Positions 1 through 9,113 are shown, counted from the first letter of the stretch. The stretch is 64,000 nucleotides of DNA from a virus (IMGVR_UViG_3300038366_000033:1-64000), one strand, 5' to 3'. The notes: generated by a model from the sequence alone, not told the origin. Made by a program: numbers and translations.

Positions 1-12
1 GAAGATTATGAG

Positions 13-333
13 ATGAAGAAGAGACAGATGATGAACGACCGCTGGGAGGTGCCGGGTAAGATCGAACAGATAAGCGAGTATCTAGAAGAGGAAGAGAATC
101 TTACTCCAAACGAGATCAATCTGGATCCATCCGCGGAGACCGAGATCTACATATCCCAGCAGGAAGCAAGAGCTCGCGGCCATGATACCAAGTACACAGT
201 TCACTTTCTTGCCTACGACCCTGACGAACAGCCGGAGAACGGAGTGCTTGACGCTCAGTTTATGATAGAAGGCTCGTGGTACGACGAAGACCCATCGAAT
301 ATGAACCTAGAAGATGTGTTTGACTACGATTAG
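13..333 (+). CDS. hypothetical acidic protein
   Basis: 106 aa ORF, acidic composition typical of the genome. Confidence 0.6.
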   Translation: MKKRQMMNDRWEVPGKIEQISEYLEEEENLTPNEINLDPSAETEIYISQQEARARGHDTKYTVHFLAYDPDEQPENGVLDAQFMIEGSWYDEDPSNMNLEDVFDYD

Positions 334-1073
334 TCTTCCTCATTAAGGTTGCCGTCCGGTTCGGCACGGCCGAGTTCTTTCTTGACTTCTACCTTGAAAG
401 TTTCTTTGCCACAGTAGAAACAGTCGTCCTCACACTTGTCGAAAGGATTCTCATATTCTGTGCCTTCTTCCTCGGCGTGTCTGACAGCCTGTGCGACCGC
501 CTTCATGTTCTCGACCGTTTTGTCGAAGAGCTCTTGGTCGAAGTCGAAGGTATGTCTTATCATCTTTTCGTCCTCAGGGAATCTTCCGTCTCGCGTGACG
601 TATTCTAGCTGTCCTGTTTCGACGTCGTCCAGACCGTAGATGTACATGTTGACCTGACGTTTGTCCTTGTCCTTTGGTGCGTCTGTTACGTAGTATGTGT
701 TGCCTGTGAACTTGTGGTCATAGACATTGCCCTCGTCATCAACCGCGTCGGCCTCTCCGTAGACGTAAAGATCGAAGTCTGCCTCTGTCTCGATCCTGAC
801 GCGGACTCTCGTCTCTGTGCGTAGAGCTCTATCATCTATGAGCTCCGGCAGGTTGTGTTCCAGCCAGAAGTGGTTGCGGGTCCCGGCGTGAAGTATACCC
901 TTGATATCTCTGGGCATCGTGGTAAGAGAGAACTTACGGTTATACATCTGGCGCTTGCAGTATCCGGTCATCGAGGGAGAAAACTGGTTGTATGGTTTTG
1001 GAGTGCGGCCGTAGTCTGGTTCGATTACCTTTTCCTCGACGATCTTGTTCAGAAACAGAGGATCCTTACCCAC
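330..1073 (-). CDS. Cas4-like PD-(D/E)XK exonuclease (solo, Fe-S type)
   Basis: SPSxxGYC, GTxNH, GEADAVD, DHK, QVNMY and C-terminal CxxxCxxC; likely GTG start at 1073 overlapping the upstream stop. Confidence 0.8.
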   Translation of the reverse strand: MGKDPLFLNKIVEEKVIEPDYGRTPKPYNQFSPSMTGYCKRQMYNRKFSLTTMPRDIKGILHAGTRNHFWLEHNLPELIDDRALRTETRVRVRIETEADFDLYVYGEADAVDDEGNVYDHKFTGNTYYVTDAPKDKDKRQVNMYIYGLDDVETGQLEYVTRDGRFPEDEKMIRHTFDFDQELFDKTVENMKAVAQAVRHAEEEGTEYENPFDKCEDDCFYCGKETFKVEVKKELGRAEPDGNLNEED

Positions 1074-1455
1074 TCTTGAACAACTCCCTTGACTGTTTGT
1101 AAGCTTTCTCGAAGAGAGTGCGTTTGAGCTCCAGTAATTTGACGGTCTCTTTGTCCTTTTCTCTGACCATCGCCTCCATTCTGTCAAAGCGAGTGTTGGT
1201 TCTGAGCTTGAGAAGTCTGAGTCTTCCTACCTCTGTGATTTCCCACTTGAGGTCGCCGTCGACACTCTCAGGGATCCGTTTGATAAGATTCTGTGACTCA
1301 AGACCGCGTACCTCCGCCTGTATTCGCTTGGGTTTACAATTATACTTGTCGCCGATTTCTTTTAGCGTGAGAGAAGGGTTCAGCGCCAGAACCTGAAATA
1401 CTGACTCCTGATTTGCCGTGAGGTCACCCGTGACTCTGTCTTCCACCAAATCCAT
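1066..1455 (-). CDS. winged-helix DNA-binding protein
   Basis: LTANQESVFQVL..LTLKEIG..IQAEVRGLESQNLIKR..WEITEVG pattern; start trimmed to MDLVED. Confidence 0.7.
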   Translation of the reverse strand: MDLVEDRVTGDLTANQESVFQVLALNPSLTLKEIGDKYNCKPKRIQAEVRGLESQNLIKRIPESVDGDLKWEITEVGRLRLLKLRTNTRFDRMEAMVREKDKETVKLLELKRTLFEKAYKQSRELFKSG

Positions 1456-1478
1456 GGATGATAACAAGTAAAGCACCC

Positions 1479-2021
1479 TTAAATAAGTGTTGACGCAATA
1501 CCGACAGCACATGCTGCACGGACTACAGGAGATCGAGACACGCTGATATACTGCAGAAGGTATGCTGCAAACGCCCTGACAGAATTGCCCATGTATCCGA
1601 GTGACTCGGGAGTTATGCCGGACTCGCGGATGTCTCGCGAAGTATCTATGCCGTGATCGCCGAATACTTCTTTTTTGACGCGGTCGAAGCTGGAGGTCGA
1701 AATGCCGTAAAAGTCTAGGGCTTCTGTTGCGTTTTTGAAGTCTCTGCGGTCGTGCCAGAATACGATGAAGTCCTGTGCCGAGAAGAACTGTTTCTGGAGA
1801 TCAAGTCTGTCCCGGAGCCCGCGGACCACGAAGAGAAAGTCGGAGGTGCCGCCCTGATAGAACATGCCAGGAGACAGAGGTACATCGTGGTTTTGGCGCA
1901 GATCTAGGTAAAGAGAAGCTGCGTGCAGTACCTGATCGCCGCCGCGGTTTGCCGCCAGACGGCCCATGTTCGCAATGTCGAGTCCTGCCTCGTCGCGAGA
2001 TATCTCAAGATTTGCCCACAT
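1479..2021 (-). CDS. hypothetical protein, possibly a divergent TFB/cyclin-fold protein
   Basis: AASLYLDLR and GNSVRAFAAYLL..SRSPVVRAACAVGI loosely resemble TFB repeat motifs. Confidence 0.35.
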   Translation of the reverse strand: MWANLEISRDEAGLDIANMGRLAANRGGDQVLHAASLYLDLRQNHDVPLSPGMFYQGGTSDFLFVVRGLRDRLDLQKQFFSAQDFIVFWHDRRDFKNATEALDFYGISTSSFDRVKKEVFGDHGIDTSRDIRESGITPESLGYMGNSVRAFAAYLLQYISVSRSPVVRAACAVGIASTLI

Positions 2022-2261
2022 GAGGGAAGGCTTGTCGGCGAAAACATATAAACTTACGGCGTGAAAAATACGGGAACTTGAGAGGTGACGGATGGGGAAC
2101 TGCGAGTTTCCTTACGGCACCAAAAATGTGATATCCTGACACAGATTTTCGCAGGTGCACTGCTGCTGTCTGACTCTGCGGATCTGCGAATATATTGTTA
2201 TATACTATTTTGTATATACCAACATAAAAGGTTATTTAAAAGTTAAATACATAGTATATGT

Positions 2262-2441
2262 ATGGTCGATACAATGACCGAACAAAACAACAACCCATAC
2301 GTTATCTGGATATGTCCCACTTGTGGCAATCCCGAGAACGTGCCGACCGATTCAGAAAGTCAAGGTAAAACCGTAACAAAAGAACTAGAAGTCGAATGTG
2401 AATATTGCCGAATTGACGGCAAACTTGAGCTTGAGGTGTGA
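2262..2441 (+). CDS. small Zn-ribbon protein (CPTC...CEYC), 59 aa
   Basis: Manually translated; follows an AT-rich TATA region at 2225-2245. Confidence 0.65.
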   Translation: MVDTMTEQNNNPYVIWICPTCGNPENVPTDSESQGKTVTKELEVECEYCRIDGKLELEV

Positions 2442-2444
2442 TTT

Positions 2445-2633
2445 ATGGAACAACAGGAAAAGGAATACACCAAATTGACAACCAAAGTTAAGAGGGGTTC
2501 AGGGACACGTGATCAGGACACAACAAAGATCACAACCCGACATCCAGACCCATCAGAGGCGGTCACTCGACACCGTCAAGCGGTCAAAACACTTCAGGAA
2601 TTTGCTTCAGAGGGGCGGGATGTTTCCCCATGA
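2445..2633 (+). CDS. hypothetical halovirus-type protein
   Basis: GAGGTG SD; KVKRGSGTRDQD motif. Confidence 0.6.
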   Translation: MEQQEKEYTKLTTKVKRGSGTRDQDTTKITTRHPDPSEAVTRHRQAVKTLQEFASEGRDVSP

Positions 2634-2877
2634 GCATCTCCTTTTTACGTGAAAAATCCAAAGAAGCACCCAATAAGAAAATCTACTTTGGGGGTGGTTC
2701 ATGATGGATTTACAGCGACTTATAGCTATGGATATTGCGGAACTGGATGTCCTCCATACTTTTGGAGGTGATGCCATTCATGAACTCTGATTTATTCAGA
2801 TCCTTATCTGAAGGGGGGCGGCCCCCTTCATTTCTCAACCCCACAAATCCAAAACAGTATTCAGGAGGTGATATATC

Positions 2878-3003
2878 ATGAGTCTACCAGCAAATTTCGA
2901 TGAGGACGAAATCCGACTTGATGAGGATGAATATTGTCGGACATGTGACTGTAAACCATGTGAATGTGAAAAGCTGAATAATGAGGAGTGGAGGGACATT
3001 TAA
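2878..3003 (+). CDS. Cys-rich microprotein, 41 aa
   Basis: GGAGGTGA SD; CRTCDCKPCEC. Confidence 0.5.
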   Translation: MSLPANFDEDEIRLDEDEYCRTCDCKPCECEKLNNEEWRDI

Positions 3004-3068
3004 CCCCCTCTTTTCCTTATACATATACTTATAAGGTTTGGCTACATAGTATGTGTATGGTGACAACC

Positions 3069-3470
3069 ATGAACCACGATTTGGATTATGACTACGTGAA
3101 GCAACAAGTAGAATCACACTTGAACATCGATATAAGAGACAAAGATCATGTGGCATTTGACCATCATGGAGATTCAACTGCCGATGTTCACGTGAAAAAA
3201 TCTGGCAACCGTAACCATTCAGAGATATTTTACAATGTCCGTGTATGTGAAGTTTGCGGTCATAGTCAATGTCTGAACTATGAAGCATATGCCCGACATT
3301 CTCCAGTTGAGGCTAAAAGCCTTCTCCAGGATCTGAGACGAGACGAGGCTGAGGAATATATCGACTTAGGAACAATGCCAAAGTCTGATAAGAGGCTGAA
3401 AGCTATCATCGAGGACAAACATCTCAACTGGAATAAAGCTGAATGTGACAGGAGACATCCAGAGGGGTGA
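3069..3470 (+). CDS. hypothetical early protein (CEVC motif)
   Basis: GGTGA SD downstream of a repeat promoter. Confidence 0.6.
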   Translation: MNHDLDYDYVKQQVESHLNIDIRDKDHVAFDHHGDSTADVHVKKSGNRNHSEIFYNVRVCEVCGHSQCLNYEAYARHSPVEAKSLLQDLRRDEAEEYIDLGTMPKSDKRLKAIIEDKHLNWNKAECDRRHPEG

Positions 3471-3474
3471 TAGA

Positions 3475-3627
3475 ATGATAATTCAACGTTACTGTGAGAA
3501 TTGTGGGCGGACAGAAGGGCTGACAGATAGAGATCTGAAACACCACGAGATTGTACAGAAGCCACACGATGAGTTATGTGGTAGATGTGCCGATGACGGG
3601 ATAGATAACAGAGACCAACCCCTCTGA
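3475..3627 (+). CDS. small Zn-finger protein (CENC..CGRC)
   Basis: Two CxxC motifs; GGGGTGA SD. Confidence 0.55.
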   Translation: MIIQRYCENCGRTEGLTDRDLKHHEIVQKPHDELCGRCADDGIDNRDQPL

Positions 3628-3687
3628 TTTTTTCTTTTTCTATTATACATTCTTTTATAAGGTTTAAGGTGTATACATATAATACCA

Positions 3688-3849
3688 ATGAAACTGACCG
3701 AACAACTTATTGACGAGATGGGAGCAGATACCCGACTAGATCAGACGTGTGCCATTTGTAACGAGACATTCAAAACTGATACGGGCTTCAAGTTTCATAT
3801 GAGAAATTCACATCCCGAGGAAGCTCAAAACAGAGGGCCGGTACTATGA
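3688..3849 (+). CDS. C2H2 zinc-finger microprotein, 53 aa
   Basis: CAICNETFKTDTGFKFHMRNSH; directly after a repeat promoter. Confidence 0.7.
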   Translation: MKLTEQLIDEMGADTRLDQTCAICNETFKTDTGFKFHMRNSHPEEAQNRGPVL

Positions 3850-4025
3850 GTCTGGAAGACAACCCGTACGAGAAAGCGGACGATCCATTCGAGAAAATCC
3901 ATGAGGATCTGAAACAGACCATGGATATGTATTTCCAGGATGGAGGAATTTCGAGGCCGGGATTTGCTGAGGCCCTTCTTACAATCGCTCAGGAGTATGA
4001 GGAGTTTGCCCGACATACAAAATAA
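3846..4025 (+). CDS. hypothetical protein, 59 aa
   Basis: ATGA overlap with the upstream gene; acidic. Confidence 0.6.
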   Translation: MSLEDNPYEKADDPFEKIHEDLKQTMDMYFQDGGISRPGFAEALLTIAQEYEEFARHTK

Positions 4026-4085
4026 TTTCCTTTTCTTTTCTTATAGATACCTTTATAAGGTTTCTTATCACTAACTATAATACCG

Positions 4086-4532
4086 ATGGATACACAAACG
4101 GTTACCTCTGAGGAAGAGGAATGGACGGAATTTGAAGCAAAACTTAAAACCGACTGGCATGATGAGGACGGAGTGAATCAGATCCACCTAGATGGAGAAA
4201 TGGATTTTAGAGCCGACCTATCGATGGACGAGATCTATGAGACCCTACATGAACGAGCCAAACAGATTGGAGGTCTAGTCTCCAAATCGAATGATGGGCG
4301 CATGGTTACCGTCTCAACTCAGCATGGAGCCTTGAAGTTCCGACTTATCGGATCAAACAAGGACGAGCCACTGAGCAAGATTATCAGCCATGACCAGACC
4401 ACTGGAGAAAGTCGCATAAGATCTATGGAGGATCTCCAGGATCAGGGCGAAGCCGCTGAGGAGTTCAAGGAGAAGCTAGAGGAAGCCATTGACGAGGGCG
4501 ATATTGAGATATCCATTGAGGAGAACCCCTGA
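4086..4532 (+). CDS. hypothetical early protein
   Basis: Follows a repeat promoter. Confidence 0.75.
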   Translation: MDTQTVTSEEEEWTEFEAKLKTDWHDEDGVNQIHLDGEMDFRADLSMDEIYETLHERAKQIGGLVSKSNDGRMVTVSTQHGALKFRLIGSNKDEPLSKIISHDQTTGESRIRSMEDLQDQGEAAEEFKEKLEEAIDEGDIEISIEENP

Positions 4533-4596
4533 TTTTTCCTTTCCTTTTTTCTTATACACATGTTTATAAGCCTTGCCTTCTGTTAGTATAATACAC

Positions 4597-4725
4597 ATGA
4601 AACGAGATCTGATCGACGACCTAGATATTGTATTGGACGACTTCAAAAATGACGTAACGGATGAAGACCAAGCTATAAACGACATTCTGTCTGTCCTAGA
4701 AAACCATGGAGTGGAGGTCGAGTAA
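4597..4725 (+). CDS. hypothetical microprotein, 42 aa
   Basis: Follows a repeat promoter; acidic. Confidence 0.6.
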   Translation: MKRDLIDDLDIVLDDFKNDVTDEDQAINDILSVLENHGVEVE

Positions 4726-4726
4726 A

Positions 4727-4984
4727 ATGGAGCTTGAACACGACGAGCCACTGACAGACCGCCTGCTGGATCTTGAAGCGGGCGACGGACTCCACTATGG
4801 TCTCTTGGAGGAACTGGAGAGCTCCGACGTAGACGTAAGAGTGGATGACCATTACCATGACTCGCAGGGATTTATCGAGACGTGGAGAATCGGAGACAAC
4901 GCCAAGATAGTTGTGGACTCTCTGAGGGGTCAGCCTATGGTCAGGAGAACTAGGGGCTTAGTTAAGGAACTCGCCCACAGATAA
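4727..4984 (+). CDS. hypothetical protein
   Basis: GGAGG SD; start at MELEHD. Confidence 0.65.
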   Translation: MELEHDEPLTDRLLDLEAGDGLHYGLLEELESSDVDVRVDDHYHDSQGFIETWRIGDNAKIVVDSLRGQPMVRRTRGLVKELAHR

Positions 4985-5045
4985 CCCTTTCTTTTTCTTC
5001 TTATAAACATACTTATAAGGTTTCGGTTGTATAAATATAATACCG
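4985..5045 (+). promoter_or_regulatory. representative repeat copy: oligo-T terminator plus archaeal TATA promoter for a leaderless mRNA
   Basis: CCCTTTCTTTTTCTTCTTATAAACATACTTATAAGGTTTCGGTTGTATAAATATAATACCG-ATG; TTATAA about 30 nt upstream of the ATG. Confidence 0.8.
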
Positions 5046-5357
5046 ATGACCGACATTAACCAAAGGTTGGCTGACGTTGTAGACGCTGAAATCGAAAATC
5101 TGAAAGACTTGGATGTCCCACACGAGAGGAAGCTTGGTGTCCTGGACGTAGTATATACCGTAGGAGCTGATAAGAGCATAAGAGAGATAACGCTTACGAC
5201 TGCCACAGGTGGACCGCACGTTGAAATCGACCTGATGAGCGGAAGCATAAACGCACACTGGGGAAGCGAGGACCACTACAGGACCATAGATGATGAGGAC
5301 GCACAGGAATCTCTGGACATCCTGATTGAGAGATACAAGGCGGTATTCAACGCCTGA
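5046..5357 (+). CDS. phage-type early protein (TGGPHVEID..WG motif)
   Basis: Follows a repeat promoter; motif reminiscent of conserved phage early proteins. Confidence 0.7.
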   Translation: MTDINQRLADVVDAEIENLKDLDVPHERKLGVLDVVYTVGADKSIREITLTTATGGPHVEIDLMSGSINAHWGSEDHYRTIDDEDAQESLDILIERYKAVFNA

Positions 5358-5420
5358 AATCCTTTTTTCTTTTTCTTATACATATACTTATAAGGTTTGC
5401 TATCACTATGTATAATACCG

Positions 5421-5711
5421 ATGACAAAGCGAATTATGGCCGGAAACGGTTTGGAAGAGCTTGAAGGTTACGATCTCGAAGAAGGCAAAACCTACTACAT
5501 AGGCGCCTCGGACTCTCCAGATCTGATTTACATTGAGAGCCTGGAGAAAAACCGAGTATTTTACAGAACGAGACCTTACACCGAGGAGAAGCTTATGTCC
5601 GAGAAAAGAGACATCGCTGAGGATTTGATAAAGAGAGGTTGCGAGACCATGGAGGAAAAGGGCCGAGACAAGTTTGTTAATCGAGATACGGACCTAGACG
5701 AAATCCAGTAA
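5421..5711 (+). CDS. hypothetical early protein
   Basis: Start defined by the repeat ending ATACCG-ATG. Confidence 0.7.
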   Translation: MTKRIMAGNGLEELEGYDLEEGKTYYIGASDSPDLIYIESLEKNRVFYRTRPYTEEKLMSEKRDIAEDLIKRGCETMEEKGRDKFVNRDTDLDEIQ

Positions 5712-5768
5712 CTTTTCTTTCTTTTCTTTATCATTTACTTTATAAGGTTTCTTATCACTATAATAACT

Positions 5769-5975
5769 ATGGTTATGACAACCTATGACCTACACAGCCC
5801 AGATGGACAACACGAGAAAAGCGGAACAATCAGGACCGAGGCGAGCTTTGAGACGGTGAGAGAAGCTAGAGATTCTGTAAAAGCTGATAGTGGCGAGATA
5901 TATCACTTGGTCCAGTTTCTGAACAAGAGAGGTTTCGAGACCGAGGCAGTCGACACAAAAAAGATTTTTTTCTGA
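5769..5975 (+). CDS. hypothetical early protein
   Basis: Follows a repeat promoter. Confidence 0.65.
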   Translation: MVMTTYDLHSPDGQHEKSGTIRTEASFETVREARDSVKADSGEIYHLVQFLNKRGFETEAVDTKKIFF

Positions 5976-6031
5976 TTTTTCTTTTCTTATACACATACTT
6001 ATAAGAGTTGTTCCGTATAAATATAATACCG

Positions 6032-6208
6032 ATGACACGAGAACGAAACTACTTCAAGGGATCCAAGGACTCCAGAAAATCCGCTTTCCAGAAAGAGGGC
6101 AGCTCCATCGTATGGGTGGAGGACGGTTCGAAGAACTCGGGAGTCAAGCAACAGATGAGCTTCGACGAGGATTTTATTCTGGACCTTGCCGAGAAGATCA
6201 GGAACTGA
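6032..6208 (+). CDS. hypothetical early protein
   Basis: Start defined by the repeat. Confidence 0.65.
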   Translation: MTRERNYFKGSKDSRKSAFQKEGSSIVWVEDGSKNSGVKQQMSFDEDFILDLAEKIRN

Positions 6209-6256
6209 CCCCTTCTCCTTTTCTTTATAATATTTACTATACATATCATATATACC

Positions 6257-6460
6257 ATGACTAGCAAGAAGAAAAAGACTGTTACAATCGAAGAACACCA
6301 CTACGAGTTTCTAGATAAAACCAACATCAACGCGTCGAAGGTCCTGAGAGAGGCAGTGAATCATCTCAGATCTCAGATGACTCATGAGGAAGAGGAGCTA
6401 CTGAGGAAGGCAGCGAATCCAGGACCCGAGCAATTCGAGGGTATGGAGGTAAGGGAGTAA
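6257..6460 (+). CDS. ribbon-helix-helix (CcdA/antitoxin-like) DNA-binding protein
   Basis: KKTVTIEEHHYEFLDKTNINASKVLREAV pattern. Confidence 0.65.
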   Translation: MTSKKKKTVTIEEHHYEFLDKTNINASKVLREAVNHLRSQMTHEEEELLRKAANPGPEQFEGMEVRE

Positions 6461-6511
6461 GCTTTACCTTTATAACTCTTGTTATACATATCATACATAG
6501 GGTGACACCAC

Positions 6512-6652
6512 TTGACAACAAAACTACTTTGGCAAAACAAAGGCGAAGTTGAGCTTCTAGAAGACTACGATAACGACTACTTCAAAATCAGAGATGCCTT
6601 CGGTAACGAGGTTATGGTTCACAGAAAAGAGGTCGAATACATTGACTCTTGA
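6512..6652 (+). CDS. hypothetical microprotein, 46 aa
   Basis: TTG start after GGGTGA SD and a degenerate repeat. Confidence 0.5.
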   Translation: MTTKLLWQNKGEVELLEDYDNDYFKIRDAFGNEVMVHRKEVEYIDS

Positions 6653-6839
6653 GGAAAAGTTCTCCCGACTTGATGGGGCAGAGGTAACCGGATCTGATCC
6701 GGTAACCTTTACCATCGAGAACATCGATCCTGAGAGCGACGCGATGGTATTCAAGAACTTGAGAATGAACTACACCTTCGAGGTCGAGAGAGTGGATATC
6801 AACGACGACGGGAATCTTGAAGCGGTGATCAGAGAATGA
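6642..6839 (+). CDS. hypothetical protein
   Basis: Acidic ORF; probable TTG start. Confidence 0.55.
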   Translation: MTLEEKFSRLDGAEVTGSDPVTFTIENIDPESDAMVFKNLRMNYTFEVERVDINDDGNLEAVIRE

Positions 6840-7054
6840 GATACGCAATCTGGAATACCCATCAGGGCAAGTTTCTTGGTCCTATGGACCACTCGACTCC
6901 CGACACATTCACCGATAAGGAGAATCTATTCGAGTTCTTTCAGGATCAGGTCGATACCCATGACCTAGACGATATCGCGCACCTCAGAGTGGTCAGGGTC
7001 GAGATCGCGGACGACGTGGACGAGGAGGCCGCGGAGGTGGTCCAAGTTGAGTAA
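6836..7054 (+). CDS. hypothetical protein
   Basis: ATGA overlap. Confidence 0.6.
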   Translation: MRYAIWNTHQGKFLGPMDHSTPDTFTDKENLFEFFQDQVDTHDLDDIAHLRVVRVEIADDVDEEAAEVVQVE

Positions 7055-7199
7055 ACATCCCATCATCGAGAACATGGACTCACAGGTCGACTCAGCTTAT
7101 TCTCACACCTGTAAGTTCTGCCAGGAGGAGTTTAACTCCGAGAGGATGTTCAGGCTTCATCAGAAGAGGGAGCATGACGAGAATCTCCCCTTCATTTAG
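7047..7199 (+). CDS. C2H2 zinc-finger microprotein, 50 aa
   Basis: GGAGGTGG SD, TTG start; CKFCQEEFNSERMFRLHQKREH. Confidence 0.65.
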   Translation: MSKHPIIENMDSQVDSAYSHTCKFCQEEFNSERMFRLHQKREHDENLPFI

Positions 7200-7256
7200 T
7201 TTTTCTCCTTCTTATACATTCTTTTATAAGGTTTACCTTCTATAAGTATAATACCG

Positions 7257-7409
7257 ATGGTTGCTATACCAGAAGATATGCTTCCCGAAGGCTTCTCCAA
7301 TCACATGGGGATGCCGATGTGCCCTTGCGGTAACATAACGGAAGTGGACGGAGAATTTCCATGCGAACACGAAAACCCAGTAAAGAAACTACTAGCAGGT
7401 GCTATATAA
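7257..7409 (+). CDS. Cys/His microprotein, 50 aa
   Basis: Follows a repeat; CPCG..CEHENP. Confidence 0.6.
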   Translation: MVAIPEDMLPEGFSNHMGMPMCPCGNITEVDGEFPCEHENPVKKLLAGAI

Positions 7410-7540
7410 TGAGACCTATAGATGAAGCGATGGAAGAAGCGGCAGAACATCTAGGTGAGGCTGCCGACTGCCTTCAGGACGCAGGAGATACTCAGGCACT
7501 AATCAAGGTCGAGGAAGTACTCGCGGAGGTGGAACCATGA
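7409..7540 (+). CDS. hypothetical microprotein, 43 aa
   Basis: TAATG and ATGA coupling on both sides. Confidence 0.55.
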   Translation: MRPIDEAMEEAAEHLGEAADCLQDAGDTQALIKVEEVLAEVEP

Positions 7541-7896
7541 GTGGATGGAAGACCGCACGATTCCACGTCGGGGACGACGTAGATGGCAAAATCGAGAGCT
7601 ACTGTGAAGCTAACGAGTACGCTAGTAAACGTGGACTCAACGGAATAGTCATCCGAGGATACGACGCCAAGATTAAAGAAGCGGTCAGGAAGATTATTCC
7701 AGGCGAGGAAGGTAAAGTACTTATCGTCGAGGCGAACGATACCTCCGACTCTGGAGATGCTTTCCTGTATGAGATCACCGAGGACTACGAGCTTGAACAC
7801 GTCGAGACCAAGCGAGGCTACGAGGGGGCGCGAGGTTACGACGCTATAGGCTACATGAGGGACGAGTACGACGTGGACGCGCCTGCTGGTCCATAA
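7537..7896 (+). CDS. hypothetical protein
   Basis: GGAGGTGG SD; acidic. Confidence 0.7.
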   Translation: MSGWKTARFHVGDDVDGKIESYCEANEYASKRGLNGIVIRGYDAKIKEAVRKIIPGEEGKVLIVEANDTSDSGDAFLYEITEDYELEHVETKRGYEGARGYDAIGYMRDEYDVDAPAGP

Positions 7897-7953
7897 CCTT
7901 TTTTCTTCTTATACACATACTTATAAGTCTTGTTCTGTATAAATATAATACCG

Positions 7954-8505
7954 ATGTTACAGACGAAAAAAATTGAAGTACCAGACCTAGTACTCAACCA
8001 CGAGGAAAAGGACGTAACCGTAAAACTCTACAGAGAACAGGATCCCGAGGACCCACTATGTTGGCCGTCCCTAGTTACACTGGACCTAGACCATTCACGT
8101 TATGACCTAGGAGACCGTAATATCGAGAAGGAAGGTAAGACAGTCATGAAGGCTATGCCAGTGTACCTGTACGACCATTCAGGTATAACTATCAGTACTG
8201 AGCCTTTCCAGTCACGTTGGGACTCCTCCAAGATTGGAACAGCCTATGTCTTCGAGGAGGACGTCGAGGACCGAGGTGTCAAGGAAGAGCACCGTACCAA
8301 GGAACGTGCGAAGCAATGGATCGAGGACCGCGTCGAACAGTACGATAACTACCTTCGAGGTGAGATATACAGATTCGAGCTATACGAGGATGGAGAACGG
8401 ACAGACTCCTGTGGTGGCTTTCATGACTGTGGATACATGGGACGTAACGAGATCCTATGGGACCACATAGGCTATGAGAGAGAGGACTTCGAGGTGATTG
8501 ATTAA
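7954..8505 (+). CDS. conserved phage/MGE early protein (YLYDHSGITIST..WDS..DSCGGF)
   Basis: Motif recalled from phage and MGE leading regions; start from the repeat. Confidence 0.7.
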   Translation: MLQTKKIEVPDLVLNHEEKDVTVKLYREQDPEDPLCWPSLVTLDLDHSRYDLGDRNIEKEGKTVMKAMPVYLYDHSGITISTEPFQSRWDSSKIGTAYVFEEDVEDRGVKEEHRTKERAKQWIEDRVEQYDNYLRGEIYRFELYEDGERTDSCGGFHDCGYMGRNEILWDHIGYEREDFEVID

Positions 8506-8654
8506 TGTCTTACCGCGTCCAGTTTACCCAGACCCTCTTGGTTGAAGAGGACTCCGAGGACGAGGCAGTCAGTACTGCAAAGAACGTTCTGTTCGACCAC
8601 TTGGGGCGCAAGGTCCTCAAGGAAGAGGACTTCGAGGTGCTAGGTGAAGAATGA
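8505..8654 (+). CDS. hypothetical microprotein, 49 aa
   Basis: TAATG coupling; GAGGTGA SD. Confidence 0.55.
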   Translation: MSYRVQFTQTLLVEEDSEDEAVSTAKNVLFDHLGRKVLKEEDFEVLGEE

Positions 8655-8734
8655 GACCGCGTTGCGAGAAGTGTCAGATCCGCTTTCTCCACCACTCCAA
8701 TCTGGTGTATCACTGGAAACAGGAACACCAGTAA
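8651..8734 (+). CDS. minimal single C2H2 zinc-finger peptide, 27 aa
   Basis: MRPRCEKCQIRFLHHSNLVYHWKQEHQ matches C-x2-C-x3-F-x5-L-x2-H-x4-H; GGTGA SD and ATGA overlap. Confidence 0.6.
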   Translation: MRPRCEKCQIRFLHHSNLVYHWKQEHQ

Positions 8735-8780
8735 CTTTCCCTTTCTTTTATAAGATTTCTTATACATAACTATACTACCG

Positions 8781-9053
8781 ATGACACGATTTATATTGAC
8801 CGCATACGAGCCTGTATATCAACATTCGGAATACAGAGTGACTACGAACCGCGAACCCGAGAAAATTCATTCAGAGGTTGATTCTCACATAGGGTCTCTG
8901 GACGGACAGTTCCACGTACGGGATACCGAGCTACAGATAAGCTACCGCGTCGTGGATTTCCAGGCAGGTCTGGACCTGATAAACGCTCTGAAGGACGACG
9001 TCATAGATAAAGAGCCTGAGGACGTAAGAGATAGTGAGTACGTCGAGGCATAA
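8781..9053 (+). CDS. hypothetical early protein
   Basis: Follows a repeat. Confidence 0.7.
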   Translation: MTRFILTAYEPVYQHSEYRVTTNREPEKIHSEVDSHIGSLDGQFHVRDTELQISYRVVDFQAGLDLINALKDDVIDKEPEDVRDSEYVEA

Positions 9054-9113
9054 TCTCTTTTTTCTTTCTTATACACACCTTTATAAGATTTCTTACCACT
9101 TACTATAATACCG

